Shown one piece after another: positions 27,279 to 40,249 of a stretch of 64,000 bases of DNA. Each line of letters opens with the position of its first letter. The stretch's first letter is position 1. The notes under the pieces were generated by a model. The model saw only the letters and a program-made list of their open reading frames with translations. It made no database searches and was not told the origin of the DNA. This DNA is from Podarcis melisellensis (lineage: Eukaryota). The stretch is taken from assembly GCA_964234715.1 (NCBI GenBank), contig OZ174286.1; one strand, written 5' to 3'. The position numbers and the translations under genes are program-made.

Positions 27279-28206
27279 TATGTGTTAAATTGGCACTGAA
27301 GAGAAAAGACAGGTATCAGTTGTACTCGAGATCACAGGTCCCAAAAGACACATAAATGTGTGTGTGAATGGATAGCACATTTTCCACATGGAATTGCTTT
27401 CACTAATACAAAACAAAAACAAAACATGAAGCGTACATTAACTAGCATTGACAATGAGTGGCACCTCTATAACCCTAACAAGTGTATGTTTTAATTTTAT
27501 TAATTTAAGGGGGGGGAATTACAGCAAGCCTACAGCTTCCACTCATTTACCTTGTGCCCATTCAAAAAATTAAAAAGGTTGCAGGGCTACAGGAAAAATG
27601 ACTTGTGCAAATCCACTCACCATTGAGCCCACTGTGTTTTGACTATATGCAATTTTGGCTTTAGACATGATCCCTGAAATGTAACTCCCACGTATTTGCA
27701 AAACTAAGCAGGGCACGGTGTGGTTTCAAATTGGATTGGGGGCCGAGTGTTGAGATTTCTGCATTGCAGGAATGGCCCTTGGGGTCCCTTCCAACTCTAT
27801 GATTCTATGAATATCACTTTGTTAATTCTGGTCCAGTTCTCCATTCTGTGCGTCATTATCATTAAACTTATTTACATCTTTAGAGCTACGCTATGTCTCT
27901 TACCCACTTTTGATGGTGCCATTGCTGACCTTACTTCTCAACAATTAATTCTGCATCTGCTCTTCTGTGTATAGATTTCTTACATTTTTATCTTCCAAGG
28001 ATCACTGGGTAGTGTACACGGTCTCTTAGGGGTGGAAGGACGCATCTTGTTATTCTATGGATCTATTATTATTATTATTATTACTACTATTATCAGGACC
28101 GGATTTAGGTTTGATGAGGCCCTAAGCTCCTGAAGGTAATGGAGCCCTTTATATGTTCTGCTGTCCTTTGTCAACAACAAATTGTCACTGTTTTTTGTGT
28201 CAAATA

Positions 28207-28428
28207 CAGTGGTACCTCTGGTTGTGATCAGCCTCTGTTCTGGAGGCCTGTTCGCAACATGAAAAGAGCGCAACCTGCAGCGGCGTGTCTGCACATGCGC
28301 GAGTTGCAATTTGCCGCTTCTGTGCATGTGGCAAAAACCGGAAGTAACCCTTTCCGGTACTTCCGAGTCGCTGTGGGATGTAACCTGAAAGAAGGTAACA
28401 TGAAGTAAACTAACGTGAGGTATAACTG
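28207..28428. mobile_element. Tc1/mariner-type MITE (family D)
   Basis: TA|CAGTGGTACCTC...GAGGTATAACTG; same family as 44363-44614 and 55415-55623. Confidence 0.8.
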
Positions 28429-28539
28429 TTTATGATATATGGTAATTTATGCATCTAATGGGTATCTAAAGCCATTTGCACAAAACAATATATGTATTTT
28501 ATCAAAGTAATTGTTGAACTGAAATACAATTAAGAAGTA

Positions 28540-29033
28540 CATAGAATCATAGAGTTGGAAGAGACCACAAGGGCCATGGAGTCCAACCCCCTGCCAAGCA
28601 GGAAACACCATCAGAGCACTCCTGACATATGGTGGTCAAGCCTCTGCTTAAAGACCTCCAAAGAAGGAGACTCCACCACACTCCTTGGCAGCAAATTCCA
28701 CTGTCGAACAGCTCTTACTGTCAGGAAGTTCTTCCTAATGTTTAGGTGGAATCTTCTTTCTTGTAGTTTGGATCCATTGCTCCGTGTCCGCTTCTCTGGA
28801 GCAGCAGAAAACAACCTTTCTCCCTCCTCTATGTGACATCCTTTTATATATTTGAACATGGCTATCATATCACCCCTTAATCTCCTCTTCTCCAGGCTAA
28901 ACATGCCCAGCTCCCTTAGCCGCTCCTCATAAGGCATCGTTTCCAGGCCTTTGACCATTTTGGTTGCCCTCCTCTGGACACGTTCCAGTTTGTCAGTGTC
29001 CTTCTTGAACTGTGGTGCCCAGAACTGGACATA
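28540..29033 (-). mobile_element. CR1 LINE, 5'-truncated
   Basis: ORF2 C-terminus [23 protein letters not shown]...[17 protein letters not shown]...FKQRLD and (ATTCTATG)-type tail. Confidence 0.93.
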
Positions 29034-29549
29034 GTGAAATTTATGGGGGTGGGGGGGGAGTGGGGCCCTAAGCTATAGCTTGTTTAGCTTATACGTAAAT
29101 CCAGCACTATTACAGTATATTAATAAGTTTGCGTACCGCCTTTCACTCATAGATCTCAGGGCGGTTCACAGCATAAACTCAACCATTCTGTAATATACAG
29201 TATATAATGAAGGTTCCCACACACGACTTTGCCAGTGTTGAATAAATAAATAAAAATACGAAGGGGCCAAGCTTCCCTGGCCCGTGTGAGGGGGGGGGGA
29301 TTTCCAGAGGGCCTTGCTGGGCCCTCCCCACAGCCAGGGGTCGGCGGGGGCTCACCCGCTTCAGGCAACAGGGGGGCGTTTTCCCTTCCCCACACCTCCT
29401 CCGCCCGCCCCCCCGGTCCCCGAGAAGGCCTGCGAGAGGGAAGGAGGGATGGAGGCAACCTCAGCGGCAGGTGCGGGGAAGGCCGGGTTGGGGGGGTGGC
29501 GCCCCGAAATCACCTCAGAACCCGGGCGAGGCCTCGCGGAGGCGTTTAC

Positions 29550-29660
29550 CTTCTACCCTCAGCCCACTTTCTCGCTTCCAAAGCCCCCGGCGGCTGAGGA
29601 GAAGGATCTGAGGCGAAGGAGGAAGACGAGGAGGAGGCGGGGCTTACAAAAGGGGCGGGG
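29550..29660 (-). other. SNAP47: Probable non-coding first exon of SNAP47
   Basis: Minus-strand donor AAG|gtaaac at 29549 inside the CpG island; no ATG. The start position is a guess. Confidence 0.5.
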
Positions 29661-29959
29661 CTGCGCCGGCTTCCCCCCCCCCGGAAAGTTCGTTGGGCGC
29701 GCCTGCGCGGAAGCGGAGGGCACGCGCCGAAGTATTTGAAACGAACAACAAGAAAAAAACCGACGGGACGCTTCCTCGCGCCGGCTCGAGGGCGCACGCG
29801 CGGAAACCGCCGCAGCCGCCGTCGCTTCTTCTTCCTCCTCCTCTTTTCTGGGTTGCGTACGGCTAGCTCCGCCCACTTTCCGTTGTTGTTTTTTTTTATG
29901 TGCGCTGTGCAGTCAGTGAATAAGGGGGCGCGCGCGCGCCGGAGCGGTTACGGCGCATG

Positions 29960-30041
29960 CGCTTCGCTTTGGGCGCTCCCTCTGAGGGAAGAAGCGGCGG
30001 CGGCGGCAGCAGCAGTAACCTCGAGCCGGCTCTGGAGGGGG
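29960..30041 (+). other. JMJD4: Possible non-coding first exon of JMJD4
   Basis: Candidate donor GG|gtcagt at 30042, followed by G-run-rich intron-like DNA. The first coding exon has an acceptor (agttag, 32672) 25 nt before its ATG. Confidence 0.4.
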
Positions 30042-32697
30042 GTCAGTAATGGGGACAAGGGCGGGGGAGGAGAAGGAGGGCGAGATGGGGGAATAATAGA
30101 GGGGGGGGAGAGAAAACGTGTCCTCTGTGTTTTGGGGGGTAGAGAAGGTATGGGGGGAGGGGCTCAGGTTTCAAAACGGGGGGGGGCGGGCTGTGCTAAT
30201 GGGGGCAGCATAGCCCCCCCCACACGGTGGGGTTTATTTTGAGGTGGGTGAATGAAAGGGGGGGAACAACGAGGGGGGAGGCTGGTTATGACAGGCCTTG
30301 AGAAATTGTGGGGGTGGCATGGCTGGAATTGGGGGTGGGGGAGGGAGGCGGGGGTCCTGAGGGGATCTGGGGATCTTTGAGGGGATCTTTGAAGGCAGGG
30401 ATTGGGATTTCAGGGCGGGAGGGGGGTGGGGCCGCCAATGGGTGAGATTCTGGGTTGATTTTTGTGGGTGCTAACCTTTACCCCCCCCCCAAAAAGGTGG
30501 CCACCTTACGTTGATCTGCGGCAGTTATTTATATCCTGCCTTTCGCAATACTGATCATTTCAAGGTGCTTTGCGAAATAATATCTCTGCCCTCTAAATAA
30601 GCACCAAAAAAAGGCATAATAAGCCTGCATCAGCATATAGGAAACATTATAAGGCAGATGGTGTTACATAGCCCTGGCAGGGGAGGCAGGTTGTCTGGTT
30701 GGTTAGGTGAAACTGGCCCCTGGTGTCTTAGGTCATTTGCCCCCCTTGCAAATGAACTGGAATTTCTTGCAATTTCTGAACTGGAATGCAAAGGATTGTT
30801 GTGCTAAGAAACCTGTTGTGCCAAGAGTGGAGCCAGGGGCCAGATCCATGCCTCCAGGCCCTTGGGAATCTCCACAGGCACAACACGTGCTTTTGCGTGT
30901 TTTTACCTGGCTGCAAAATACACTCGGACCCTGATGATGCTTCCAGATGGAGGATAGAGAATTGTGTGTAGAAACTAGCCTGCTGTGCAAAGGTAATGTT
31001 TACATTTAGTGCTCCACCCACTTGTCCATCCGGCACCACCCAAGGCTGGCGTGTGGCCCCCGGAAAGTTGCCCAGGGCAAACTGTGGCCCTCTGGCTGAA
31101 AAAAAGGTTCTCCATCGCCATCCTATTGTGCAGACCTGTTGAGATAATTGTGTCTAAACCTCATGAGGTTTTGCCTTTGGAGAAAGGTTATAAACAAGGA
31201 AAGTGCAAGGGTAGACTTGGCAAGGTTTGTGTGTGTGTGTTGTAAAATAGTTGCAGTGCTTTTCAGCCAAATCAGGTTTACTTAGAGGTAAGTCATGCTG
31301 AGCTCAGTGGGGGTTAATCCCAAGTAGTTGTGCATTTTGGTACAGTGTTATACATAATATAGGATAGTGCTTTTTGTCTCATGGCCCAGTTCTGTGTATA
31401 TTTCGTAAGAAGCAAACCTCTGAGAATTGTGCATAGGGTCAGGTTTCTGGTGCATTTCACTGATTATTTTAGCAGTAACTGTAGGCCACTATTACTGTCG
31501 GCCTGCCAGAGAGATTGCTGAAGGCCACATGGTGTTGTGGCTTTGCTGAGATTTAAATCCAAGACTTCCAGCTCCTAACTCATCAGCTTAACTGCTGCGC
31601 TGCAGTTGCTGGAATTGGAAGAAAATGAAAATGTAAGGTTGTTAGAAGAGCCAGAGGATTTGGACAGTGGGGATAGAGCAGCCAATTTGCAATCTCATTT
31701 ATCCCTCCCTTATTTGCTCTTCATTTCAAAACAAGTGTACGCTGCATGGGAGTTTATAAAGCGCCATCTCCTGTGATTGATAGTTTGAGGCCACAGTTAG
31801 CAAAGTGTGAGATATAGGCAATTGCCAAGGGACAAGTGAGTTTCTTGGCTAGACTTAGGGACAAACCAGACATAGATTTGCAACCATGATCTGTTGTGGT
31901 TCCCGTGATGGGTAAAAGCAGCTGGAGTTGGGAGCAGATCAGGACCATAGTACTCAGAGAGGGAAGTTCTGTTCTCTCTCCCCCCCGCCCCGCCCAATAA
32001 AAATAAAACCCTGCTACTTGCCCCATGGGGGGAAGCAAACAGATGCCATATATCCCTATATGTTTCTCTCATGAGCAGCACTGTGTTCTCTACTTGTGTT
32101 TTAATTAGTGCAGAACCATAAATTCTTTTGACTTTTCTGCTGCAATGAGTTGTATGGATTTCTGACTTTGCGCTATTTGGCCTAATCTCATTTATATTAA
32201 TAAGAATAAAATATTTATGACTTTTGTGGGGTGTTATGTGAAGGAGGGAGCCACTTCAAAGATTCAGGAATTTGCGAGGCTTTTTAAAAAAATGAATATA
32301 TTATTGTTTGCTTATAGAATTCAGGAGGAAGTTGCCCTTGGTTGCTGCTCTCTATAAAATGCCAAAGAGGAGTGTGGAAGTTGTGCCAGTGCAGATGTTC
32401 CAAGGTTGAAGTGAAACTGCTCTGTTAGTTACTGCTGCTCAGTACAGCCTTTCAGGCATCCTTCTCCTAAAGAACCAAGAACATAAGGAGCCATATATGA
32501 TACAAGCCAAATGGGAAGATTTTCCAGCAAGATTTGGAACTGGACTTGCTTATTCTATACCCTCCATCTTTCCTGAGTCTTCAGTGACACTTCCTTTTAT
32601 TTTTAATTTACTGGTCTTCTAGCCCAGCTATTTATTTTATAATTTAATTCTGTCTGTCACCTGACAAGTTAGGTGTCAGACGCTTTCTATCGCCTGA

Positions 32698-32962
32698 ATG
32701 GACAGGGACACTTTTGCTTACTCCACCAAGTTTTTTCGCGATTACAGCGGCCCAACTCGGGGCGCAAGCTGCCAATCCCACGAACATGTTGACTACATCG
32801 AGAAGCCAGAAATATTCACTTATGCAGACTTTTTCAAGGATTACTTGATCCCCAATGACCCCTGTGTTTTCTCTGCCAAGTTCACTGAGGGCTGGGGCAG
32901 CAGGAGGAAGTGGGTGACTCCTGATGGGAAACCTAACTTTGAGTATCTTCTGCGGACTTTTG
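32698..32962 (+). CDS. JMJD4: JMJD4 coding exon 1
   Basis: MDRDTFAYSTKFFRDY...FTYADFFKDYLIPNDPCVFSAKFTEGWGSRRKWVTPDGKPNFEYLLRTFG; donor G|gtaagc. Confidence 0.95.
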
Positions 32963-33703
32963 GTAAGCCAGCTTTAAACTAAAATTGATAGCTGTGATTT
33001 TGCTCCTCTTAGAATTTTCAGTCTGCCTTCTGCCTGGCCCAAAACCTGTGATCGCTGGTGACCTTGCCTAGCCCCTTTCATTTGCTTCTAGAAATATTTG
33101 ATTCTGCCCTTATGCTTTCTTCACTGTTAATGTGGTATGTTTGTATTCATGCCTGAGTATGGAGTAGAAAGAAAAGTATATTGCAAGAGGTGGCTTAATT
33201 GACACATTTAATTGCAGCTGCACCTCTCATAGGTAGAGCTGTATCAGAAATAGGGTTGTATACAAATGTGACTTTCCACTAGTGAAAGCAGTGCTTTTAG
33301 ATGAGGCACCCCAATTTCAGCCTGCTATGCCTTGTCCCATTCTGTTCCCTCAACCCTCCAGAGAAATTCCTGGGTCCCATTGAATGCAACCCTTAGCATT
33401 TAAATGGCACTTTTGTGTGCTCAAAGCACTGTAAAGACATAATTCTGTTGGAATCCTTACCGTAGGATGGGACAGCATTCGATGTGGGCATTCTGCTGGT
33501 TAATGTATCTATGATTCAGGTATTGCAGCAATTGGAGGAATTTCCTTTTGTTTCCATTGTCGCTCTGCATAGCACCTAACCGTGCCACATAGGTGGAATG
33601 TTCAAACTGGCAGGATCAAGGCCCTTACACTTTCTTTTTTATTGGTAACCCCAACAGGGCATCAGTTATTTTCCCATATGGGCTCAAAGGGTTTATATTG
33701 CAG

Positions 33704-33869
33704 GGGAAGCTGTAGTACCCGTTGCCAACTGTGATGTCAAGGAATACAATTCTAACCCAAAGGAACATCTTAAACTCAAGGAATACATAAGTTATTGGAG
33801 AGAACACATTAAAAAAAGCTACCGGTCGCCCCGGGGGTGCCTTTACCTCAAGGACTGGCACCTGCACAG
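33704..33869 (+). CDS. JMJD4: JMJD4 coding exon 2
   Basis: EAVVPVANCDVKEYNSNPKEHLKLKEYISYWREHIKKSYRSPRGCLYLKDWHLHR; acceptor ttgcag, donor AG|gtaagc. Confidence 0.95.
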
Positions 33870-35178
33870 GTAAGCACAACCTTTGAACTCCTCGGCATGC
33901 TCTTACGAATCCCTGGCATGCTGCTGAATTGTACCTCTGATGTTCCCTTACCAGATGATTCAGCTTTTGGGAGCATCCTTAGATAGTAGCCGCCTGTTTC
34001 AAAACTGCATCCTAAGAATCTACGACTGTGACTGCATGGTAGGACACCCCAGTGATGTATAGCGCTGTTTGGCTTACCTTTCTTACGGTGCATGTACCTG
34101 GCACTGTCTGCTCTTTCCAATGTGAATGCACATTTTTTCTTTTTCCTGTGTTTGCACATGTTTTGATTATGCCAAAGTTGGTCTGCATGAGAGAAGTTTC
34201 CTTCTCTGACCCTGTTCCTTATATTAATTATCATTGTATGTTTGCATAGTTGCAATGGAACCAAACAGAAGAGAAGGCAGGGGAACCTGCTGAGGAGAAC
34301 ACAAATGCACTGTAGGCATCACCCACGCTCAGCCGTTGCACTAATACAGTCGATTGAATTTATACTCTTCCCACGTTTTGGTTGCACAGCAAGTTGAAGC
34401 AGGAAAATTGATCAGTCTTTAAGCAATGTTCAGCTTAATTAGTTATATACCGCCTACACCAAGTCTCAGTTTAAAAGAACTTAATAGGTGCTTGAAAGCA
34501 ACACTGATGTGAGGAAACACCTAATACAAGCAGGGCCATAGTGTGCCACACAAGTGGTATGCCAAGGCAACTTCTTAAATGCCTTTTTGTATTCTTGGCA
34601 CTCTACCGTGATCCTTTACTTGGTGTATATTGGCTATTTTTTTATGGTTATGGGGCATTCAAAAGATAACTTGCAAGTTGAGAAATTGAGAATGTTTGCA
34701 TGTTCAGAGGTACTGTACTTCTTGGCTGGAACCTTTGTATATGCAGAGCCTAAACGCTACCTCCCTGCATAAGTCTTGTGTGTCCCAACCCAAAGCCTTT
34801 TACCACTAGTGGAAAGGGAAGGTTGGAAAGACATTTGGATTAAAGTGATACCCCTTCCATATCCATTGTTTCAGGCATAGGCTTAGAGTCCATGGACTGA
34901 TTCAGATGTTACTTTGGGTGGCTTCTTCCTTTTGAGATCAAATATGATGTTTTTGTATTTACATAAAAACCAGTGAAAATTATTGGTGGGAGTAGTCACT
35001 GCACTCTCAAAGCATTGAGTAAACTTCTAAGCGTGTAATACTTGTTATATCCCCAAGACTTGGGAAAGGTGGCTGGTGCAGAAGTGAAATAAAGTACCAA
35101 TTGCCATGCTGTTATGCAACTTTTGAATGCGTCTTGAGTGGATTTTTCTTTCTGAGATACCATTTTCAATATTTTAAG

Positions 35179-35304
35179 GGCTTTCCCGGAGCAAGATGTT
35201 TACACCACTCCCATCTATTTCTCATCTGACTGGCTGAATGAATACTGGGATGCCATATCAGTGGATGACTACCGCTTTGTCTACATGGGACCTAAAGGCT
35301 CATG
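35179..35304 (+). CDS. JMJD4: JMJD4 coding exon 3
   Basis: AFPEQDVYTTPIYFSSDWLNEYWDAISVDDYRFVYMGPKGSW; acceptor attttaag, donor TG|gtacag. Confidence 0.95.
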
Positions 35305-36082
35305 GTACAGCCGTTTGGATACTTTCATAGGTTCTCTTTGGAAAAGTTAGTCGTATTAGAAGTATGAGGTAGGACATGCAGCTTGATTCAGTGGGACTTC
35401 CTAGTAACTGTTCACGAGAGCAGCCTGTGAGATGTCTTTTCGAGGAAGAGGAAGACAGCACACCTGCTCAGAGCTTTAAACATTGTGCACCTTTTTCACA
35501 TCAAGCAATGGGATCCCTACCCCTCCCAGATTGCAGGGCCAGACAGTATTCAGCCCTTTGGATATTATGCGTTGTATAGTCCCTGCATATGAAGATGCTT
35601 CTTTGTTTTGAGACTTTGCATCTTTTTAGCTGTCAAGATATTGGTGAAGTTCTAGACTTCCCACAACACAAGCCAGTTTCAGTTTGCAGTAAGAGGTTAG
35701 CAGAAAGTTGTTAGGTATGCACACATTACTGTCTCACGTGCAGGGTATGCACCTGCATATTTTCAGATGAGAGACCCTTGTAAATCACTGGGTGTTTCAG
35801 AGTACTTGGAGAGTGGAGAAATAGACGTTGATGCACAAATAGCTTTCTGTGAAAGCCTGATTAATGTCTGTGCTGGAAAATAGGTCTAGGTTTGGGTGTG
35901 TATGACTTCAGAGTGCAAAAGTAATTTTCTGAATGACTGTGATACTAATGTTTTGGGGCTCCTGAGATGGTAGGAGAGGGGGGCCCACTCCTTTACAAAT
36001 AGGCTTCTCCTACATAACTACTGTTCCTGCAGCTATTCAGCTGCCTACTTCTAACTTCCTGGTTTCCCCTCCCTCCCTGTAG

Positions 36083-36350
36083 GACTCCATTTCACGCAGA
36101 TGTCTTCCGCTCCTACAGCTGGTCGGCCAACATTTGTGGGAAAAAGAAATGGCTAGTCTTCCCCCCAGGGCAGGAGGAGTTCCTCCGCGATCGCCATGGT
36201 CACTTGCCATTTGACATCACTGCACCTGACTTGAAGAAGAGTAACCTTTACCCTCGCTTTGCCCAAAGCAGCCCTCCTGTTGAAATCATACAGGAAGCTG
36301 GAGAGATTGTCTTCATCCCGAGCGGATGGCACCATCAGGTTTACAATTTG
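36083..36350 (+). CDS. JMJD4: JMJD4 coding exon 4 (JmjC catalytic core)
   Basis: TPFHADVFRSYSWSANICGKKKWLVFPPGQEE...QEAGEIVFIPSGWHHQVYNL contains the HxD...H Fe(II) ligands; acceptor ccctgtag, donor gtaaga. Confidence 0.97.
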
Positions 36351-36769
36351 GTAAGATGTTTCAGACAGCCACAGCCTTGGGGTAATGCACCATTAAGTGG
36401 ATCTGGGCGATGCTCATCGGGGACTGATAGGGCTTAAGGCCAGAAGCCGAACAGTAGATGGAGCCACAGCCAGTGACAGGCGGATCCGATTCTAGTGTGT
36501 CTGCATCCTCTGCCCTGCTGAGCTCTAGAACGGCAACACAGATAGAGGAGGGAGCTGATAAGCGGTGCTACCTGATGGACTAGGTAGGCAGAGGCTTTGA
36601 AGCAGGTCTCTACTGGCGACTGGATAAGCTGAGTTTGTATGCTGCATGATGTCTTATGTTCACTATGGGAATCCAGCTGAATAGGCCAGCAGGCAAAAAA
36701 CTGTGACTCCCTTCAACCCCTTGCTTAAACATGTGGGATAGCCATTTGGACTGTCCTTGTTTTTTCCAG

Positions 36770-36916
36770 GAGGATACAATCTCCATCAACCACAACTGGG
36801 TGAATGGATGCAATGTAGCCATCATGTGGAGCTTCCTCCAAGACGAACTAGCTGCTGTCCAGCGGGAGATCAGAGAATGGAGAGACAGCATGGAGGACTG
36901 GCACCTGCAATGCCAG
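36770..36916 (+). CDS. JMJD4: JMJD4 coding exon 5
   Basis: EDTISINHNWVNGCNVAIMWSFLQDELAAVQREIREWRDSMEDWHLQCQ; acceptor tttttccag, donor gtagag. Confidence 0.95.
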
Positions 36917-37546
36917 GTAGAGCAGCCGTCTGAGAATGTTTGACATGGTCATAGATGCCCATTAGCAATCGAGTGTCTGAAATGGTGAAACACATGAATT
37001 AAAAGGCTATTCGTGGATGAACTGTAGTAGCAGCTCAATATTGTTTTCAAGATTTGGATCCAGCTCATCGGTCTTAATTGTTCGGAAAGAAATTCCCCTG
37101 CACATCAGCTGGCTAGCTATAGCAATCACTACTGAGGACTGAGCAGGAGAAATGGAAAGGAGATGTGTAGGTACATGGGAGGCTCTTGTGAAGCTAGTTC
37201 ACATAAAATAGGAGCAACTTTTCTATACGGTGTCTGGAAAGGGCCCAAAGAGAGTGTGTTATCTTCTATTGTCAGCTTTGAGAAGTATGATCTAGCACAA
37301 CCTGTGTCCTCACTCTCAGGGCCATTCTCGTGCTTTGTAATGGGAAAGAATTCAGACTCCCTAGTAACTCAAGAATTAAGCATTCCTATCCTTAGCTCCC
37401 ATGGCCAGTTTTTTGCCTTGTGCTTTGTCGAAAATTGACATGAAGTTAAAGCATTTCCTTTTCATTCAACGTTTTCAACTGAACACCAGTTCCCATTTAA
37501 TGGTTGGCACAGCTGTGACCTTTGACTTGTTCTCTCACTTTTGCAG

Positions 37547-37858
37547 GTGTTGATGAAGTCTTACACAGGAATCGACTACAAGGAATTTTACAACTTCCTC
37601 AAAATCATTGCAGAAAACCGGATTTATGTCCTTGAAAACCACCATACTGAAGAAGATGCCTCCAAGCATTCGTACAGAGCTGCCATCTCCGGCCTGGGAA
37701 TGCTGCATGCAGTCTTTGACTTGAAAAGGACTGCGAAGGTCTTGACCTCTTTGAATGCCAATGAGGAATTCAAGAAACTGAACCCAGAGACCCTTTCCCC
37801 TCCTCCTCAGGCGCTGCTGCACCGCCTGAAAGCAGCGATAGATACAGCCCTCCTCTAG
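37547..37858 (+). CDS. JMJD4: JMJD4 last coding exon
   Basis: VLMKSYTGIDYKEFYNFLKIIAENR...LGMLHAVFDLKR...AIDTALL*; acceptor ttttgcag. Spliced CDS totals 1284 nt (427 aa). Confidence 0.95.
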   Translation: MLMKSYTGIDYKEFYNFLKIIAENRIYVLENHHTEEDASKHSYRAAISGLGMLHAVFDLKRTAKVLTSLNANEEFKKLNPETLSPPPQALLHRLKAAIDTALL

Positions 37859-38563
37859 TTCCCCATTTGATTTTGACCACTTGCAGAAATGCTTCTTTTG
37901 CAAGCTGGGTGCATGCTGATAGGTTATGTCGGTTGCCCCATTTAGAAGTCGTAAGCACAGTGGATTTTAGTGACCGAGTAGAGAATACAGAACCAGAGGC
38001 AGAATGTTAGGGAATTTAAGCATCTAGGAAACTGGCAGTAATTGGAAAAGGAGAGCATCCCTCGGTGAGATGTTCTACTTCCTCAGTGACTAATATGACC
38101 ACTTATTTCTACCAGTATTTCTAAGCCTTTGGGCTGCAACCCTATATGGCAGAGATTGGAGCACCTGCGTCCCTCCAGATAATGTTGTACTACAACTGAT
38201 CATTCCTGTTTACCTTGCTAGCTGCAACTGATGAGACTTGGGAGTCCAGCATCATCTCGAGGGCCACCGACTCCTCATCCTCTGCTGTACATTCTCACCT
38301 GGGAGTATGACTTATTGAATACAGTGGAACTTAACTTTTGAGTAAACATGTAGGATTGCACTGTTGGTTTCGGGAGCTTTGGTCCCACCAAAATACATGT
38401 GAAAAGCATTTCACACTAGACTGTACAGGTGAGTCTTCTTGTTTACCCACAGTGTTAGTGGAAGAATTTGATCCTATTTACATGATCAATAACTGTCCCC
38501 TTTCCCTCCCACCAACTCACCTCCCTGCCCTGAGCACTTCCCAGAGACATGTGTTTTGAGTAA

Positions 38564-38659
38564 AATAAATATGGGGGTGGGAGGGAAGGAAAAGTAAAAA
38601 AATTCAGCTCATAAGTTGAAATGGCTTAACTCCTTGAGGTAGGTAAGTATGGGAATAAA
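38564..38659 (+). terminator. Candidate JMJD4 polyadenylation signals
   Basis: AATAAA at 38564-38569 and 38654-38659, the second followed by GT-rich sequence; about 0.7-0.8 kb after the stop codon. Confidence 0.4.
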
Positions 38660-40249
38660 AGGTGTGTGTACCACCTTATTAGTTGGTGTGCAATACTCGC
38701 CTGTTCATAGCCCCTGCTTCCATCACTCTCTGCTGTATGTGTGTGTGAGAGAAATCAGGAATATACTCACCTCAGGATTGGCACCACACTTTCAGGGACT
38801 CTGAGCCATCAAACTCAGTGGGCCTAAACAGCCCAAGCATGGCAGCTGAACTCTGTGCCCTCCCCTCCAGTATGATAAGCTGGGGCAATTGTGTACTGCA
38901 AGCACTCTCTTCTCTCAAGCTACCTTTTTGGTTATTTCCCAAATAAGGTGGTCTAAGAGCTGTAGTTGAATGGTCTTGTTTCTTTTTTCGATTCCAAAAT
39001 GGTGATGCCTTTTTCACTGCCTGAACAGTTGTAGCACGACCATCCCCAGAGACGTTGAGCCAAAAAATAGATATATTTTTAAAAATCACCCTTCAGGGCT
39101 TGTTGCATGGCAGCCTACCCATAATCCAGTTGACTGTACAGGATTACAGTCTTAACGGCGATCCTCCTTTGTTTCTCCAGTTGCCTTGTGGGAAATGTGT
39201 CCCTCTCTGAAAAGCTATCACATGGTACACAACTAAGCAGGTACACATCTTGGTAGTGATCCCCTTGGGTGGATAAGAGGTTAAAATGGGGGCCAGCTTG
39301 CATTTTTACCTTGGGTGGCTACTGTCTTTTGGAATAGAGCGTGTCACTTTTGGGACCAGTGGTTTTTAACATACCAGCGCCAACATTTCTTGTTACTGAG
39401 CACAATTAGTCATAGCACTGTATGTGAGTAAGGGCTGGAAACGGTTTGTACAAGAAGCACTTCCCTTGCTGCTGGCAGCAGCGGCAGAACTAAAATTGCA
39501 GGGGCTTTCTTCTGAATGGGGACCGGCTGAGTTTGTTCCCGTTTGCTATCTAGCCTGTTTGTTAGACTTTCACTTGAACCCTTTGTAGGGAACGTTTAAG
39601 CACTGAGCTGAAGTTTACTCAACCCTCGACTGTTCTGCCAAGTTGCCCCGAGACCTTTCTGAAACTGCACATTAAAAATATTTAAGTGTCCGTGGTTTCT
39701 GTCTTTCTTGCAGATGGCCAGTTTGATGCTGAACATATTTCAGGACAAAGAGGAGGATAACTGTAAATGAGGTTTACCTGAATCCCCGTCCGCTTGAGGG
39801 GGGGGGGTGTTTCTTAAATCCTGTGTTCTGTGCTGTGCCGTCCTAGGCTTCCAAAGGGAACACACATTTTTAATTCACTCTAGTTTGCCCACTCTAGTTT
39901 GCCCACAGATGCAAAGTTTTTCTAGAGAATGGCTAGTATTACTGTGACTCTGCAAGTGGTGTTTGACTGCAGTGCTCAGCTAGCCTGCCCCAATGATCAG
40001 GGATTATGAGAGTGAAGCACTGCTGTATCTATGTTACAAAAGGCTCTATTTGCCACAATTGTGGAGCACCTATATGAAACCATGAGAAGTGATCTGATGC
40101 TTTGGCAGGCAAATTCCTGATTCTACTTGGTAGCAGCAGCTACTGAGGCTCAGATGGGAGAAATAAAAAGTTCTATACACTTTACAGAGCACCTTCAGGG
40201 AATTCCTTCCTACACACATGGATGTTACCCTGTGAAATTATATGATGTA

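Larger units (their letters stand above)
28094..29109. mobile_element. Non-autonomous DNA element (probably hAT) hosting two nested insertions
   Basis: Ends CAGGACCGGATTTA...TAAATCCAGCACT; collinear with the reverse complement of the uninterrupted copy at 63443-63733. Confidence 0.75.
29270..30110. promoter_or_regulatory. CpG island; shared bidirectional promoter of SNAP47 and JMJD4
   Basis: Very GC- and CpG-rich block between the two divergent genes. GC box GGGGCGGGG at 29652-29660, ETS-like CCGGAA at 29681 and GCGGAAG at 29707, NRF1 consensus GCGCATGCGC at 29953-29962. Edges approximate. Confidence 0.85.

Noticed and set aside
29156-30242. Several overlapping Gly/Arg/Pro-rich ORFs
   Set aside because: Expected from stop-codon scarcity in a CpG island; no protein features.
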